From Symbiopectobacterium sp. (GTDB lineage Bacteria; Pseudomonadota; Gammaproteobacteria; Enterobacterales; Enterobacteriaceae), in NCBI GenBank assembly GCA_051710525.1, contig JBPESR010000007.1, forward strand, positions 8,994 through 72,993: a stretch of DNA of 64,000 nt. Direction: 5' to 3'. This document shows positions 23,610 through 35,766 of the stretch, one piece after another. The notes beneath the pieces were generated by a model, which saw only the letters and a list, made by a program, of their open reading frames with translations, made no database searches and was not told the origin of the DNA. How positions within the stretch are numbered: position 1 is the first letter of the stretch; each line of letters begins with the position of its first letter. Both the position numbers and the translations under genes were made by a program.

Positions 23610-24065
23610 TTATCCTGCCATCTGTTTCTCGCGGATTTCCGCCAGCGTTTTGCAGTCAATGCATAAATCGGCGGTAGGACGCGCTTCCAGGCGACGGATA
23701 CCAATTTCAACACCACAAGAATCACAGTAGCCGAAGTCCTCGTCTTCAATTTTCTGTAGTGTTTTGGAAATCTTTTTGATCAACTTGCGTTCCCGATCGC
23801 GGTTACGCAGTTCCAGACTGAACTCTTCTTCCTGTGCAGCGCGATCGACCGGATCCGGGAAGTTGGCTGCTTCATCGCGCATATGGGAAACGGTGCGATC
23901 CACTTCATCCCTGAGTTGGTTGCGCCATGCTTCAAGAATACGCTTGAAATGAGCTAATTGGGCGTCGTTCATGTATTCTTCGCCCGGCTTTTCCTGGTAC
24001 GGCTCCACTCCAGCAATTGCGAGAATGCTCAGAGAGGATGTTTTACGGTTTTGCTCTTCTTGCAT
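23610..24065 (-). CDS. dksA: RNA polymerase-binding factor DksA
   Basis: 151 aa, FPDPVDRA, C4 zinc finger. Confidence 0.97.
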   Translation of the reverse strand: MQEEQNRKTSSLSILAIAGVEPYQEKPGEEYMNDAQLAHFKRILEAWRNQLRDEVDRTVSHMRDEAANFPDPVDRAAQEEEFSLELRNRDRERKLIKKISKTLQKIEDEDFGYCDSCGVEIGIRRLEARPTADLCIDCKTLAEIREKQMAG

Positions 24066-24245
24066 GTTGCTTCTCCTACATAACACGACACGCACTATCG
24101 ATCCCTAAGGGGGGAGAAAAACAGGCCGCTATAAATAGCAGATGGAACTGGGGTTGGCAATAATTCCTGTCACAGGCCTGATAAGGTGCCAGGAACCTCG
24201 TCGTCACATCCGATAATAAACAACAGGTAAAGGCACCTACCGTCT

Positions 24246-24977
24246 TTATCGCGTTACGGTTAACGGCAACGGGTACGTGAGCGTAATACCGTCAGGGCAT
24301 AATGTGGTGGCATAGCAAAAAATTTCAACCCCCTTTTGCCGCGCTTCGCAAAATAATTCTGCATAGCGGGCATCGATGTGCTGTGCAGGCGCAACCTCAG
24401 CGATGCCAGAGTGCAGTACTGCGAAAAACAGCACTGCACGTTCGCCGTTTTCGGCCACCTGCATCAATTCGCGCAGGTGTTTTTGTCCGCGCTGCGTCAC
24501 GGCGTCGGGAAAAAATCCCTGTTGAGGCGATATATGCAACGGCGTTTGTTGAAATAATGTAACTGACTTCACCTCGATATAGCAGTTAATCTGCCCCGAT
24601 GCCTGTAACAGCAGGTCAATGCGGCTGTTCTCCGTGCCATATTTCACTTCGGGGGTGATTTGGTGGTAGCCAGCCAATTCAGGAATGCGTTGTGCCAGCA
24701 GTGCTTCATGCACCAGATGATTGGCGCGCAGCGTATTGACACAGATCCAATGCCCCTGCGCGGTTTCTGTAAGTTCCCAATTGTGCGCGTATTTACGCTT
24801 GAGATTATCCGAGGTGGAGTACCACACGGTATCACCCGGTGTAGCGCACCCGGTCATCGCACCGGTGTTGGCACAATGCAGCGTAAAGGTTTCTCCTTCG
24901 GGTGTAACAACATCGGCAAGGAAGCGTTTGTAACGCTTAATCAACCGTGCCGGTTTGAGCGGCGGCGTAAAGTTCAT
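24246..24977 (-). CDS. sfsA: Sugar fermentation stimulation protein A
   Basis: [42 protein letters not shown]. Confidence 0.95.
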   Translation of the reverse strand: MNFTPPLKPARLIKRYKRFLADVVTPEGETFTLHCANTGAMTGCATPGDTVWYSTSDNLKRKYAHNWELTETAQGHWICVNTLRANHLVHEALLAQRIPELAGYHQITPEVKYGTENSRIDLLLQASGQINCYIEVKSVTLFQQTPLHISPQQGFFPDAVTQRGQKHLRELMQVAENGERAVLFFAVLHSGIAEVAPAQHIDARYAELFCEARQKGVEIFCYATTLCPDGITLTYPLPLTVTR

Positions 24978-24981
24978 TGGG

Positions 24982-25428
24982 TTATCCTACGTTATGGTGG
25001 GCCAACGGCCATTCCGCGACCTGTTGATAGCGGGTTTTTCCCTGTTCCCAGCGAGATTCATACAGGGCAAAGCGCTCGGCCGACAACGCCCAGTCAAAAT
25101 TGGCGGGGGGAAGCGTCACGAGGAGCGTGGCACCACGCAACAGTGTGATATGCGGGTGAAAGTGTGTGATATGCGGGTGAAAGTGTTGCGGGATTTTGTA
25201 GCAACGCTTTGTAGCAACCGCTGCGTGCCACTTGTGATCGCCGCAGGACGGCCAATTGTAGCAAGCCGCACGGTGCCTGACGGCAGCCCAGCCATACTAA
25301 GCCGGGGCGCAGGCCACTAGCCTGCGTCGTTAAGATGCAACTGAAAGCGGGCTGACGGATTCTGTCGGCCAGCAGCCGAAGGGCGTGCTCTTTTTGCTCG
25401 CTCACGTCACCCCAAAAGGCCAGCGTCA
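24982..25428 (-). pseudogene. thpR: RNA 2',3'-cyclic phosphodiesterase, 3' remnant fused to nhaB
   Basis: [13 protein letters not shown]...RIRQPAF; normal position after sfsA; 5' part missing. Confidence 0.85.
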
Positions 25429-26510
25429 TTACTATCGTATAGTACAGTGCCATAATCATCATTTTACCATAAGAAAGTCGAATGAGCGGGGCTAGGGCCG
25501 AAGTTAGCAAAAAGAGAAAGGCGGCCTGTCCATTGGGCGTTGCGAATGAAGGCAAGTTAGTACCTGTGGCAAGTTAGTACCTGTATTGATCGCTACCGCC
25601 AACGATCGCTACCGCCAACAGCTCAAACTGCTTCTGTGAGATGCGGTCTTGTACAAAGGCCTGATGCGCCTCGTTGATAAATAGAGCCGACGAACACATT
25701 GTCGGAAATAATAGAAGAGAGCAGGCCGTTAAACAGATAAAACAGCGTAAGCTGGTTTTGCGCCGAACCCTGAAGCACAAACTGAATCAGCGATGTGAAC
25801 AGTTACTGGTCAATAATCACCGCGACGATGGCGAAGAACACGGTAAGCAGTGCCGTAAAAGGCATAGCATCCTGAAAGGCTTTGCCAATGGCGTATTCTT
25901 TGGTGATGCCGCAAAACGACGTAACCAGAATAATAACGCTCAGTCCGATTAAACCCACTTCCGCCAGATGAAACGCTAAGGCTGCAATCAACAGATGCCA
26001 ATAACACCCTGAATCCATAGCATAACGCGTTCTTGCGGTGCTCGTTCGGCACTCATCTTACGTTCGTAATCCTCCAGTACCTGACTCACAGTGTCCGGCA
26101 GTGTGGCACCGTATCCGCAAATTTTTACACGCTCTACCAGAATGCAGGTAGCAGTACCCACAGGAAGACTGGGACGGTAACCACAGACATACGCAAGAAA
26201 AAGCTGGCAAAATCCCAGCCAGCAGTTTTGGCAATAATCAGGTTTTGTGGTTCACCCACCATGGTCATCGCGCCGCTGAGGGCCGTGCCCACGCCCGCGT
26301 GCATCAACGTGCCCATGCCCGCGTGCATCAACAGACTGCGTAGAAAGGCGCGAAATTGTTCCAACGTTTGTGCATGCTCATTGGTGATGGACCCGCCTGT
26401 TGATCCAACCCGGTAATGTACCGGTGGTAAATATCGTAAAACCCGGTGGCGACGCCAATCACCACAGCAATGACGGTCAAGGCATCCAGAAAAGTCGACA
26501 GAAATGCAGC
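25420..26510 (-). pseudogene. nhaB: Na+/H+ antiporter NhaB, internal remnant
   Basis: [50 protein letters not shown]; both ends lost. Confidence 0.9.
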
Positions 26511-27083
26511 ATGGTAATCCCACGAAAATTAATAATTTTGGGAAACATCAGGGCTAAATATCCTGGAAACGCTGGCACGACTCGATCATGACAGCGTGCC
26601 GCAAGATCATGACAGCGTGCCGCAACTGATTGATAATCTGCTGGCCGTGCGCACCAACATTGCTGCGATCTTTATTCGTACCGCCCTGCGTCAACACCCT
26701 GATAAGAGTCAGGAAGTATTAATACAGCGTGCCAGTGTCGAAGATAACGCCAGCGTGCCAGTGTCGAAGATAACGCCGATGCCTTTGCGCAACTGGATTA
26801 TGCTGTTTTCCGCGGATTAGCGTTTGTTTCTGGCAACCCGATTTATGGATTAATCCTTAACGGGCTGAAAGGGCTGTATATGCGGGTTGGGCGTTACTAC
26901 TTCTCCAACCCGGATGCGCAGAAGCTGGCTATTGATTTTTATGCTCGTTTGGAAACCATCGCGAAAGAAGGGCAAAACGAGCGTGTGATGGATGCGGTGC
27001 GTACCTACGGAAAATAGAGCGGTGCTATCTGGCACAGCATGCAAAACCAGATCCCGCGCGATATTGCTGAGGTTCGTCGCTAA
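26507..27083 (+). pseudogene. fadR: FadR regulator remnant lacking the N-terminal DNA-binding helix
   Basis: [38 protein letters not shown]; duplications and an internal stop. Confidence 0.9.
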
Positions 27084-27135
27084 TTAACGCCGCCACGTGT
27101 CACGAACTGTGTGAACGCGACACGTCACATGGGCT

Positions 27136-28852
27136 TCAGTTGACCTCTGGATTACGCGGCGGACAGCGTTCAACCAACTCTACGCTGCCATCTGCATTCT
27201 GCTGCTCCAGATACACATCAAATCCCCCCAGTCGGTGTACATGTTTCATCACATCGTGGCTGCTCTTGTCGAGCTGTGCGCGGTGGTGAGGAACATAGCG
27301 CAGCGTCAGCGAGCGGTTACCGCGCAGATTCACATTCCAGACCTGAATATTTGGCTCCTGATTGCTGAGGTTATACTGCGCGATTGCTGAGGTTATACTG
27401 CGCGGACAGCTCCTGACGGATCATCCGGTAGCCTTCCTCATCGTGGATCGCGGCAATTTCCAGATAATTGTTATGGTCATCATCCAGCACGGTAAATAGC
27501 CGGAAATCGCGTATCACCTTGGGTGACAAGTATCACCTTGGGTGACAAAAACTGGCTGATAAAGCTTTCATCCTTGAAGTTCTGCATGGCGAAATGCAGA
27601 GTTTCTAGCCAGTCCTTGCCTGCTATATTCAGGGAACCAGTAGCGGTCCTCCTCCGTTGGTGTCTGGCAAATACGCTTGATATCCATGAAATATGGCGAA
27701 CCCGAGCGCATAAGGGTTAATGCCATTGCATAAGGGTTAATGCCATTGTAATAAGGGCTGTTGTACGGGGTCTGATAGACCACATTGGTGCGGCTGTGCA
27801 GGAACTCCATCATAAAGCGCTCGGTCACTCTCCCTTCATCGTAGAGATGATTGAGAATGGTGTAGTGCCAAAACGTTGCCCAGCCCTCGTTCATGACCTT
27901 AGTCTGTTTTTGTGGGTAAAAATATTGACTGACCTTACGCACAATGCGCAGTACTTCGCGTTGCGCGGGTTCCAGTAACGAAGCATTTTTCTCCATAAAT
28001 TTTTCTCCATAAATTTTTCTCCATAAAATAGAGAATATTTTCCTGCGGCTCGCCGGGAAACAACGCGCTGCTTCGAGCGAAGCATCGGGATCGCGACGTG
28101 GCAGGGTGCGCCACAGTCCATTGACCTGACTTTGCAAATAGGCCTCACGGCTTTTCTGACGCAGTTTTTCCTCTTCCAGCAAAATCTTTTGCGGGCGTTT
28201 GTAGCGATCGACACCGTAATTCATCAGCGCATGGCAGGATCAAGCAGTTGCTCGACCTCTTATATACTACACCATAACGCTCTTCGCATTGGGCGATGTA
28301 TTGACGGGCAAAAATCAGGTAGTCAACGATGGAGGCTGCATCGGTCCAACTTCGAAACAAATAATTACCTTGAAAAAAGGAGTTGTGACCATTGTGACCA
28401 TAATAGGCATGGGCCATCACAAAGGCTTGCACGGTGATGGTGTTTTCTTCCTTCAGATAGGAGATACAGGGATAGGAGTTGACAACGATCTCATAGGCCA
28501 GCCCTTGCTAACCGTGTTTATAGCGCTGTGCGGTTTCGATAAACCGCTTACCAGTTTCGATAAACCGCTTACCAAAAGAACAATGGGAATAATTGATGGG
28601 CATGCCGATGCTTGAATAGGCATCCATCATTTGCTCAGATTGAATAGGCATCCATCATTTGCTCAGATGTGATGACCTCGATTTGATGTGGGTAGGTTTC
28701 GAAGCGATAGTGCTTCGCCACCCGATCAATCTCCTAAGGTAGGTTTGCAGCAAATCGAACGTCTAGTCTAGTCCATCATTCAACGTCTAGTCTAGTCCAT
28801 CATTCAAACGTGTCTCAGCTTGCGGTACCCTAGTCTTTGTTTTTGTCACCAT
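27136..28852 (-). pseudogene. ycgB: SpoVR-family protein
   Basis: KTKVMNEGWATFWHY, MAHAYYGHN; at least seven duplications. Confidence 0.9.
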
Positions 28853-29129
28853 CAGCGCGCCCCACAAAGTGCCTTCTACACGCTTTCGTGCAGACTCTAT
28901 TAATCATAGCTCACTCTGATAAAAGTGCCGTTAAAACTAGTGCTTGGCAGAAAAGATTGTGACGAAAACAGCAGCATAAAACGGCACTTCATCTGCGTAA
29001 TATAAATAGTATGTTAGCCAAGCGTGACAACGGTAAATCACGTGTTATATTAGCTTTTTATTTTGGGTAGTGGCGATTCATGTAGCATATTATGCCGAAA
29101 ATGGCGAGTTATCACGGAGATAAGTCAAC

Positions 29130-30457
29130 ATGCGGGTTGTAATTTTAGGCAATGGCATTATTGGCGTCAGCACGGCGTGGTATTTGTGTCAGGCAGGGCA
29201 TGACGTCACGGTCATTGACCGATAGCCTGATCGGCCTTGGAAACCAGTGCGGGAAACGCTTGGCAAATTTCCTCTGGTATTATTGAGCGCATTGTGCCGC
29301 TCCCGGCATCCCATTGAAAGCCATATAGTGGCTATTCCAGCGCCATGCGCCGTTAGCTATCCGGCCAGATTGCTCCAGTGACCAGTTGCGTTGGATATGG
29401 CAGATGCTGATGAACTGCGATTCCGCACATTATCAGGTCAACAAGGCAAAGGCACGTATACGTATGGTGCGCTTGGCAGAATACAGCCGTGACTGTTTGC
29501 AGGCACTGCGCGCGCACGTTGATTCAGTACGAAGGACGCCAGGGCGGGACGCTGCAGACGCCAGGGCGGGACGCTGCAACTGTTTCGCAGAGAGCAACAG
29601 TATGACAATTCCAGTCGCGACATTGCCGTTCTGCGTGATGTTGGCGTGCCGTACCAGTTGTTGACCTCGCAGGAACTGGCGACCGTGGAGTCTGCGCTCG
29701 CTTCGGTTGCGCATAAGCTCAGCGGCGGGCTGCGTTTACCCCATGATGAAACGGGCGACTTCCAACTGTTTACTCAGCGCCTGGTTGAAATGGCGCAGGC
29801 GGCGGGTGTGTTTTTCGTTTTGGCGAATCCGTCGAACCATTGCAGGTAGCTAGCGATCGCGTCACTGAGGTGCGCTGTAATGAGCAAACAGTAACCGCTG
29901 ATGCCTACAAACAGTAATCGCTGATGCCTATATGGTGGCCTGCAGTTCCTATTCGACGGCGTTGGTAGTCAGTGGATACACCTGCCGGTCTATCCCATGA
30001 AAGGCTATTCATTAACGCCCCCTCTTGATTAACGCCCCCTCTTGCCAACGAAGCCTCTGCATCGGTTTCAACGGTGCTTGATGAGACGTTTAAAGTGGCT
30101 GTGACGCGCTTCGATCGTCGTATTCGTTTTGGAGGCATGGCAGAAATCGTTGGCTTTGACACAGCCCTTAACCCTAAAAGCCGAGAAACGTTGGAAATGG
30201 TGGTTCGCGATCTTTACCCTGACGCTGGGCCGGTAGAGCAGGCGACGTTCTGGACCGGGTTGCGCCCGATGACACCTGATGGCACGCCGCTAGTAGGTCG
30301 TTCACCGCTCGCTAATCTTTATCTTAATACAGGACACGGTACCTTAGGTTGGACGATGGCGTTCGGTTCAGGGCAACTGCTGGTAGATATCATTTCTGAT
30401 AAGACGCCTGATATTGCCCATGACGATTTGTCGATATTTCGTTACGCCAGCGCGTAA
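29130..30457 (+). pseudogene. dadA: D-amino acid dehydrogenase
   Basis: [41 protein letters not shown]; stops, frameshifts and duplications; dadX does not follow. Confidence 0.92.
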
Positions 30458-30459
30458 AT

Positions 30460-31540
30460 CTACCGGGTTGTCGCGCACAACATGGCAAGCACCAGCATGC
30501 TCTGTGGTAAGAGGGGTAGCGCCATCACCGCCAGCCCAATACACGCACCGCATGTCATTTGCACGAATCCTACCAGCGCCGATGCCGTACCCGCTTCATT
30601 CTCATAAGGTTCCAGTGCATAGCTGGTGGCTGGGCCGATGGCAAACGCCAGGCCAGCGAACGCCACCACCACCGGAGCCATAAAGATCCACCAACGTGCC
30701 TGTAGCACCTCGGGCAGCCACAGGATGATGGCGCATCAGTAACAAAAAACTGCTACCAATCAATATCACTCTGATCGTCAGGCAAGCGGGGCGGTTAGGC
30801 AAGCGGGGGGCCAATTTTCATGATCGCGCGTGTCGCCAGCAGGCTCACTGCCATCACCCAAAAGCCGTTTGCGCCGAACACCAGTGAGAACTGTAACGGT
30901 GACAAGCCGCCATGTACCATCAAGAAGACCATTGATGCCACTGACAGATAGGTCAGGGCCATCCCCATAATGCCCGTATTGCAGCCAGCAAAGCCGATCA
31001 AGCGAGGGGTAAAAAGGATTCGCGCGTATTGTTTGATGGGCAAATCCAGCAGGCGCAGGGTGTCAGCCGGGCGGGTTTCTGGCAGATAGCACAGGGTGAG
31101 CAGCAAAACCACGCTGGCATACAGCGTCAAAAACCAGAAGCAGGGTCGCCAACCGAATACGGCGGACAGTAAGCGGCCAAAAAATGGCACTAGAGCAGAC
31201 ATTGATATTCAATGTACCGTTAAGAAAGCCGAAAGTGCGTGCAGCATCATCACCGTTTGACCGGTCACGCACGGCGCTAAACACCACCACGGCGGTGCAA
31301 CACACAGCAACGCTGCAGTACGCGGGAAGCAATAAACACCGACCCACTGGTTGCCAGCGCTGCCGTGATGTCACCCACAATATAATTCACGGTCCCGATC
31401 AGTGCCATTGGGCGGCGTTCTAACCAACGCCAGTGCAATCGTCATTTGGAAGGCATAATGCGGACGCCTCGTTGGGCTGATGCTTGGGCGGGCAAGGATC
31501 CGCTGCGCAGTGCACGTCCCAGTATCAACTGCAGTAGCAG
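30460..31540 (-). pseudogene. Bcr/CflA-family MFS transporter
   Basis: YCLPETRP, YALEPYENEAGTASALVG; fragmented. Confidence 0.75.
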
Positions 31541-31542
31541 GT

Positions 31543-32131
31543 TAAGGGGTACCGATCAGTGTTGCAATCAACAATAGATCAGTGTTGCAATCAACAATAA
31601 CAGTAGAACGAATAACAGTAGAACGCCGCATTACAGGGCGGGCAGATCCTGTGCGGCTGCGGCCCCAAGCGTGGCGCGCCACTAACCGGGGATAGCAAAG
31701 ATCTTTTCTACCGCCACTGCTCACCCGTCAGTCCTACGGTGATTAAGCCAATCTGTGTCAGTAACGCAGGCAGCGAGCGCCGCAGAACCGCAATGGCACA
31801 ATCAAATTGGCTCAAGCCCTCACGCCCGCCACGGCCAGGTGATAAGCTACGGCTCGGCGAAGGTGCTGCGCAGTGCAGAAGGTGCTGCGCAGTGCATCTG
31901 CCGGCAAGCATGCCAGTAATCCCCCTGCGGACAGCCCCAACGATAACGCAGGCAGCACCATATGCTGTACTCCGTGCTAGCCATACGGAGGAAACAGAGG
32001 CAGCCAGACTGCCCCGACCATCAGCAGCAGGGACGCCAGCAAATATTCTGGCAAGGTAGTTAACTCCATCGCCCAAGCCCCGTGGCTGCTGTTCGCCTTA
32101 CCACTCAGCCCATTGCGCAGCGTGGAAACGC
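31543..32131 (-). pseudogene. Peptide/nickel ABC permease (DppB-like) remnant
   Basis: TLPEYLLASLL, VEKIFAIPG, AQDLPAL fragments. Confidence 0.65.
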
Positions 32132-32879
32132 ACGCATCGGCTTCAATATGGGCATATTCACGCACTTCTTGTTGAGCGGTAAACCCGACTGCAGTTAACT
32201 ATTGTGCCAGATAAACGGCAACTTCTGGTAGCTCTGCACGATCGCTGAAGGTAGCCAGGTTGATAACCTCTCCCTGTGGATGGCGTGCCTGGGGTCGGCT
32301 GGTCTACCGCATGGCGCAGCGGCGCAGCCCAACGCAGCGCCGGACCGAGCAACCCGCGGACGATATCCGCCCGGTTCTCATACACGTTCTTTACCAGAAC
32401 GCCACGCTGAACGGCGTCGCGTACAGCGGCACGCTGTCCGGCATCACGCAGTGGGCCGAGGCGGGTCTTGAGATACAGAGTATTAGTGCGTGACATAGGC
32501 ACCTTATGGATCAGCGCCGGATCGATCAAAGGCGCTTGCGCCACCAGCACGGCTTCCACAATATCCGCGCTGCCGCTTCGCAGCGCGGCGGCGCGATCTG
32601 TTCCGTCTGGAACGAAATCAACATCAATACCTGAAGCTTACGCAGGCGTGCCCAGTAGCCATCAAAGCGCTCAAGGGTAGCGTGACTGGTGCCCTGAACC
32701 TGAAAACGGTTAACACAAAGGGGCTACTGCCGTGGCGGATCGGGTCAACGCGGCCTTCCTTATACGCATAAGGTGAAAGGATAGCCAATTGTGGGCTAGA
32801 GAGTCGCTGGGGCAACAAGGGATCTGGGGCGGTAGTTACCCGCACCGCGTTGTCGCCGTCAACACTGATGTGTAACGTA
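32132..32879 (-). pseudogene. Family-5 ABC substrate-binding protein remnant, cut by IS1
   Basis: LAILSPYAY, GSSPFVL, FVPDGTDRAAALRSGSADIVE fragments. Confidence 0.7.
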
Positions 32880-33752
32880 GGTCGTGTATTCAATAAGTTG
32901 ATATAGCATCAAACGTAATACTCGCGTTCAATGTAAGTGCCGATGAGCCTATCGTGCATTTCCGATGATGTTGAATACCCCAACGTCTTACGATTGAGGC
33001 GTTTCAATCGGTTGCGCAGCGTCAGATTTTCACGCTCAATACGCTGTGTATACAGTTTGCCAAAAATGTGTTTCGCTTTTGGAAGTTCGTCGTTGTAAAC
33101 CCTGTAGCCATCAGTGCACCAAAATGCCACTCTGAATCCCGAGAACAGTCTCAGCAACTTACGCAGCGTTTTCTTGCTTCGAGAGCCAAATGCATGATCG
33201 ATAATCCGCTTCAAACTCGGCGCCCATGCATACCACAGTCAGCGCTGTCGTTTTTTGTTGCCAACAAATGATCACATCTCATCCACTTCGCAAATCAGAT
33301 GAATTTGCAGGTTATCCAGTGGCAATGTTGTTACATTCCGCGGCGAGAGTTTTTTTAAGTACGCACGATGGCATTGATACTAACACGATGGCATTGATAC
33401 TAACACGATGGCATTGATACTAACGATGGCATTGATACTAATATGTAACGTGTAACATATGTAACGTGTAACGCCCGAGCATTGTCATGCACGAATATCC
33501 GCATTATTCATTGCCAAGTAAATGAGTTGGTCTGTCATTCCCGGTTGGCAGGCACGATAGGAATAATCGAGCTGGAAGGTGCGTTTACATGACTGACAAC
33601 GGTAACGCTGATAGGCACTTTTGCCATAACCATGTTTTTTTACAGAGGCTGTCTGTTCACAAAACGGGCATCTTACATCAACGTTAGCCACTGTATCTCC
33701 ACATCCAAAACCACAGAGTTTACACTGTAATCAACTCATTGAATACTTGACC
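32880..33752 (-). mobile_element. IS1-family element, degraded
   Basis: 23-bp imperfect terminal IRs (ggtcgtgtattcaataagttgat / ggtcaagtattcaatgagttgat); InsA zinc finger 33485-33691; InsB fragment 32909-33214; no target-site duplication seen. Confidence 0.9.
33364..33473. repeat. Four copies of a 20/18-bp unit plus a 16-bp duplication inside IS1
   Basis: cacgatggcattgatactaa x3, then cgatggcattgatactaa; tatgtaacgtgtaac(a/g) x2. Confidence 0.95.
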
Positions 33753-33886
33753 TTATCTGTAATCAATTCATTGAATACTTTGTAATCAACTCATTTGACC
33801 TTATGATTGAGAATACTTGACCTTATGATTGATATGAGCAAAATACGATTTTGATAATTCATATCAGTAATAGGAATCATAACGTT

Positions 33887-34636
33887 ATGAAAAAATCATC
33901 TGTAATTTATACCTCTTTGCTGTTGGCAGGGTCGCTGGCGGCAACAACGGCAGTTGCGGCGGATTTCTCTTTGGGAGCAGGGGTCTTAGGTTCCATCAGC
34001 CCGTATCGCGGGGGCGATAACTCACTGTATCCGTTGCCAATAGTGACCTATGAAAGTGACAACTTTTATTTTCGCGGGCTGGGCGGGGGGTATTACCTGT
34101 GGAATGACGGACAAAACCGCCTGTCGGTAACGACACTCTATTCCCCGCTGGGATTCAAACTGAGTGATAACGACGATGCGCAGATGAAGCAACTGGATAA
34201 GCGCCGTGGCACGCTGATGGCGGGTCTGGCCTATTCTCACTCAGCGTCCTGGGGGATTTTGCGCACCTCTGTGGTGGCCGATACTCTGGGCTACAGCGAC
34301 GGTTATCTGTGGGACAACACCTACCTGTATCGCTTCGAATTGGGTGACTGGTCATTGACGCCGGGCGTCGGTGTAACCTGGAGCAGCGAAAGACTCAACC
34401 GCTATTACTTTGGTATCAGTGGCAAAGAAGCATCCCGCTCAGGTTTAGGGGCTTACAGTCCGGATGGTGACTATAAGCCGTACGCCGAGTTGAGTACCAG
34501 CTACCGTATCAACGATAGCTGGAGCGCATGGGCCACCGGCCGCTATGTGCGCCTGGCGGATGAAGTGAAAGAGAGCCCGATGGTCGATCGCAGTTATACC
34601 ATGGTGTTTTGCGCGGGTGTTAGCTATCGCTTCTAA
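33887..34636 (+). CDS. mipA: MltA-interacting outer-membrane protein
   Basis: Signal peptide, SPYRGGD, C-terminal YRF; synteny with yeaE-yeaD-gapA. Confidence 0.9.
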   Translation: MKKSSVIYTSLLLAGSLAATTAVAADFSLGAGVLGSISPYRGGDNSLYPLPIVTYESDNFYFRGLGGGYYLWNDGQNRLSVTTLYSPLGFKLSDNDDAQMKQLDKRRGTLMAGLAYSHSASWGILRTSVVADTLGYSDGYLWDNTYLYRFELGDWSLTPGVGVTWSSERLNRYYFGISGKEASRSGLGAYSPDGDYKPYAELSTSYRINDSWSAWATGRYVRLADEVKESPMVDRSYTMVFCAGVSYRF

Positions 34637-34784
34637 CACCTAATGCGCTAAAACAGGGCGCGCTAAAACAGGGCAAGTGCGGCACAATAATAATAGGGTG
34701 ATTTTACCCCATTTGCACGTTTAGGGCGCGCGACAGCTCAGCTAGGGTATTATATATATTAAACAGGATGCAAGGAGGATAGCG

Positions 34785-35669
34785 ATGGCAACCCGAAAGA
34801 TTCGATTTCCTGATGGTTCAACGCTGCCCTCTGTTGGGCAGGGCACGTGGTTTATGGAGGAAGCGGCCAGTGAGAAGGCACGTGAAATAAAAGCCTTGCA
34901 GGCGGGGCTTGATCTCGGACTTAGGCTTATCGATACCGCAGAAATGTACGCCGACGGCGGTGCGGAGCACTGCGCGAGTGGTGCTCCGAAGCATTTCTAG
35001 TCTCCAAGGTCTATCCCCACAATGCAGGCGGCACGCGTGCGATTGAAGCCTGTGAACGCAGCCTGAAACGGCTGCAAACCGATGTGTTGGATTTATATAC
35101 CTGCTGCACTGGCGCGGCGGTATCCAGTTGGAAGATACCATCACTTGGAAGATACCATCACGGCGATGGAGGCGCTGCAACAGGCAGGCAAGATTTGTCA
35201 GTGAGGTGTGTCCAATTTGGACGTGGCGAACATGAATGAACTCTGGTCCTTGTCAGGCGGTGAGCGCTGCATGACTAATCAGGTGCTTTATCACGTTGCT
35301 TCGCTCGGTATCGAGTTTGATTTGCTGCCCTGGTGTCAGGCACGCGCGGTGCCAGTGATGGCCTACTGTCCATTAGCACAAGCAGTTACGTTGCGCCGCA
35401 ACCTGTTTTCTCATCCTGTGATCTGTTTTCTTATCCTGTGATTGTGATAATGCGCATGGCGGACAAATACCAGGCGACGTCCGCACAAATTATGCTGGCA
35501 ATGGGTATTGCGACAACCCGGCGTGATTGCGATTCCGAAAGCGAGTTCGGTAGCCCACGTTGAAGAAAACGCACGCGCTCTCACCTTGGAATTGGATAGT
35601 AGTGATATCGCTGCGCTGGATGCCGCTTTTCCCGCACCGACCAGTCAGCAGCCGTTGGATGTTGTGTAG
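34785..35669 (+). pseudogene. yeaE: Aldo/keto reductase (YeaE-like)
   Basis: LPSVGQGTW, LIDTAEMYADG, VMAYCPLAQ; frameshifts. Confidence 0.85.
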
Positions 35670-35766
35670 CGGGATAGGGCAGTTAAGTATTACGGGTTAG
35701 CGCTATGTGTTGGCGCCGCACGCAAGCGGCGATTTCGAATCTATCGAGGCAACCCCGTTTCTCTGA

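Noticed and set aside
33364-33441. Multi-copy ~20-bp repeats (also 12479-12543) as a CRISPR array
   Set aside because: Units are contiguous with no spacers, are copies of the host coding sequence, and no cas genes are present.
32871-33761. IS1 as a fresh, active insertion
   Set aside because: No target-site duplication, an internal stop and repeat expansions, and unrelated flanks.
34963-34988. Inverted repeat cggagcac…gtgctccg inside yeaE as a MITE/REP footprint
   Set aside because: Only 8 bp, single occurrence, and still readable as yeaE codons after a small deletion.
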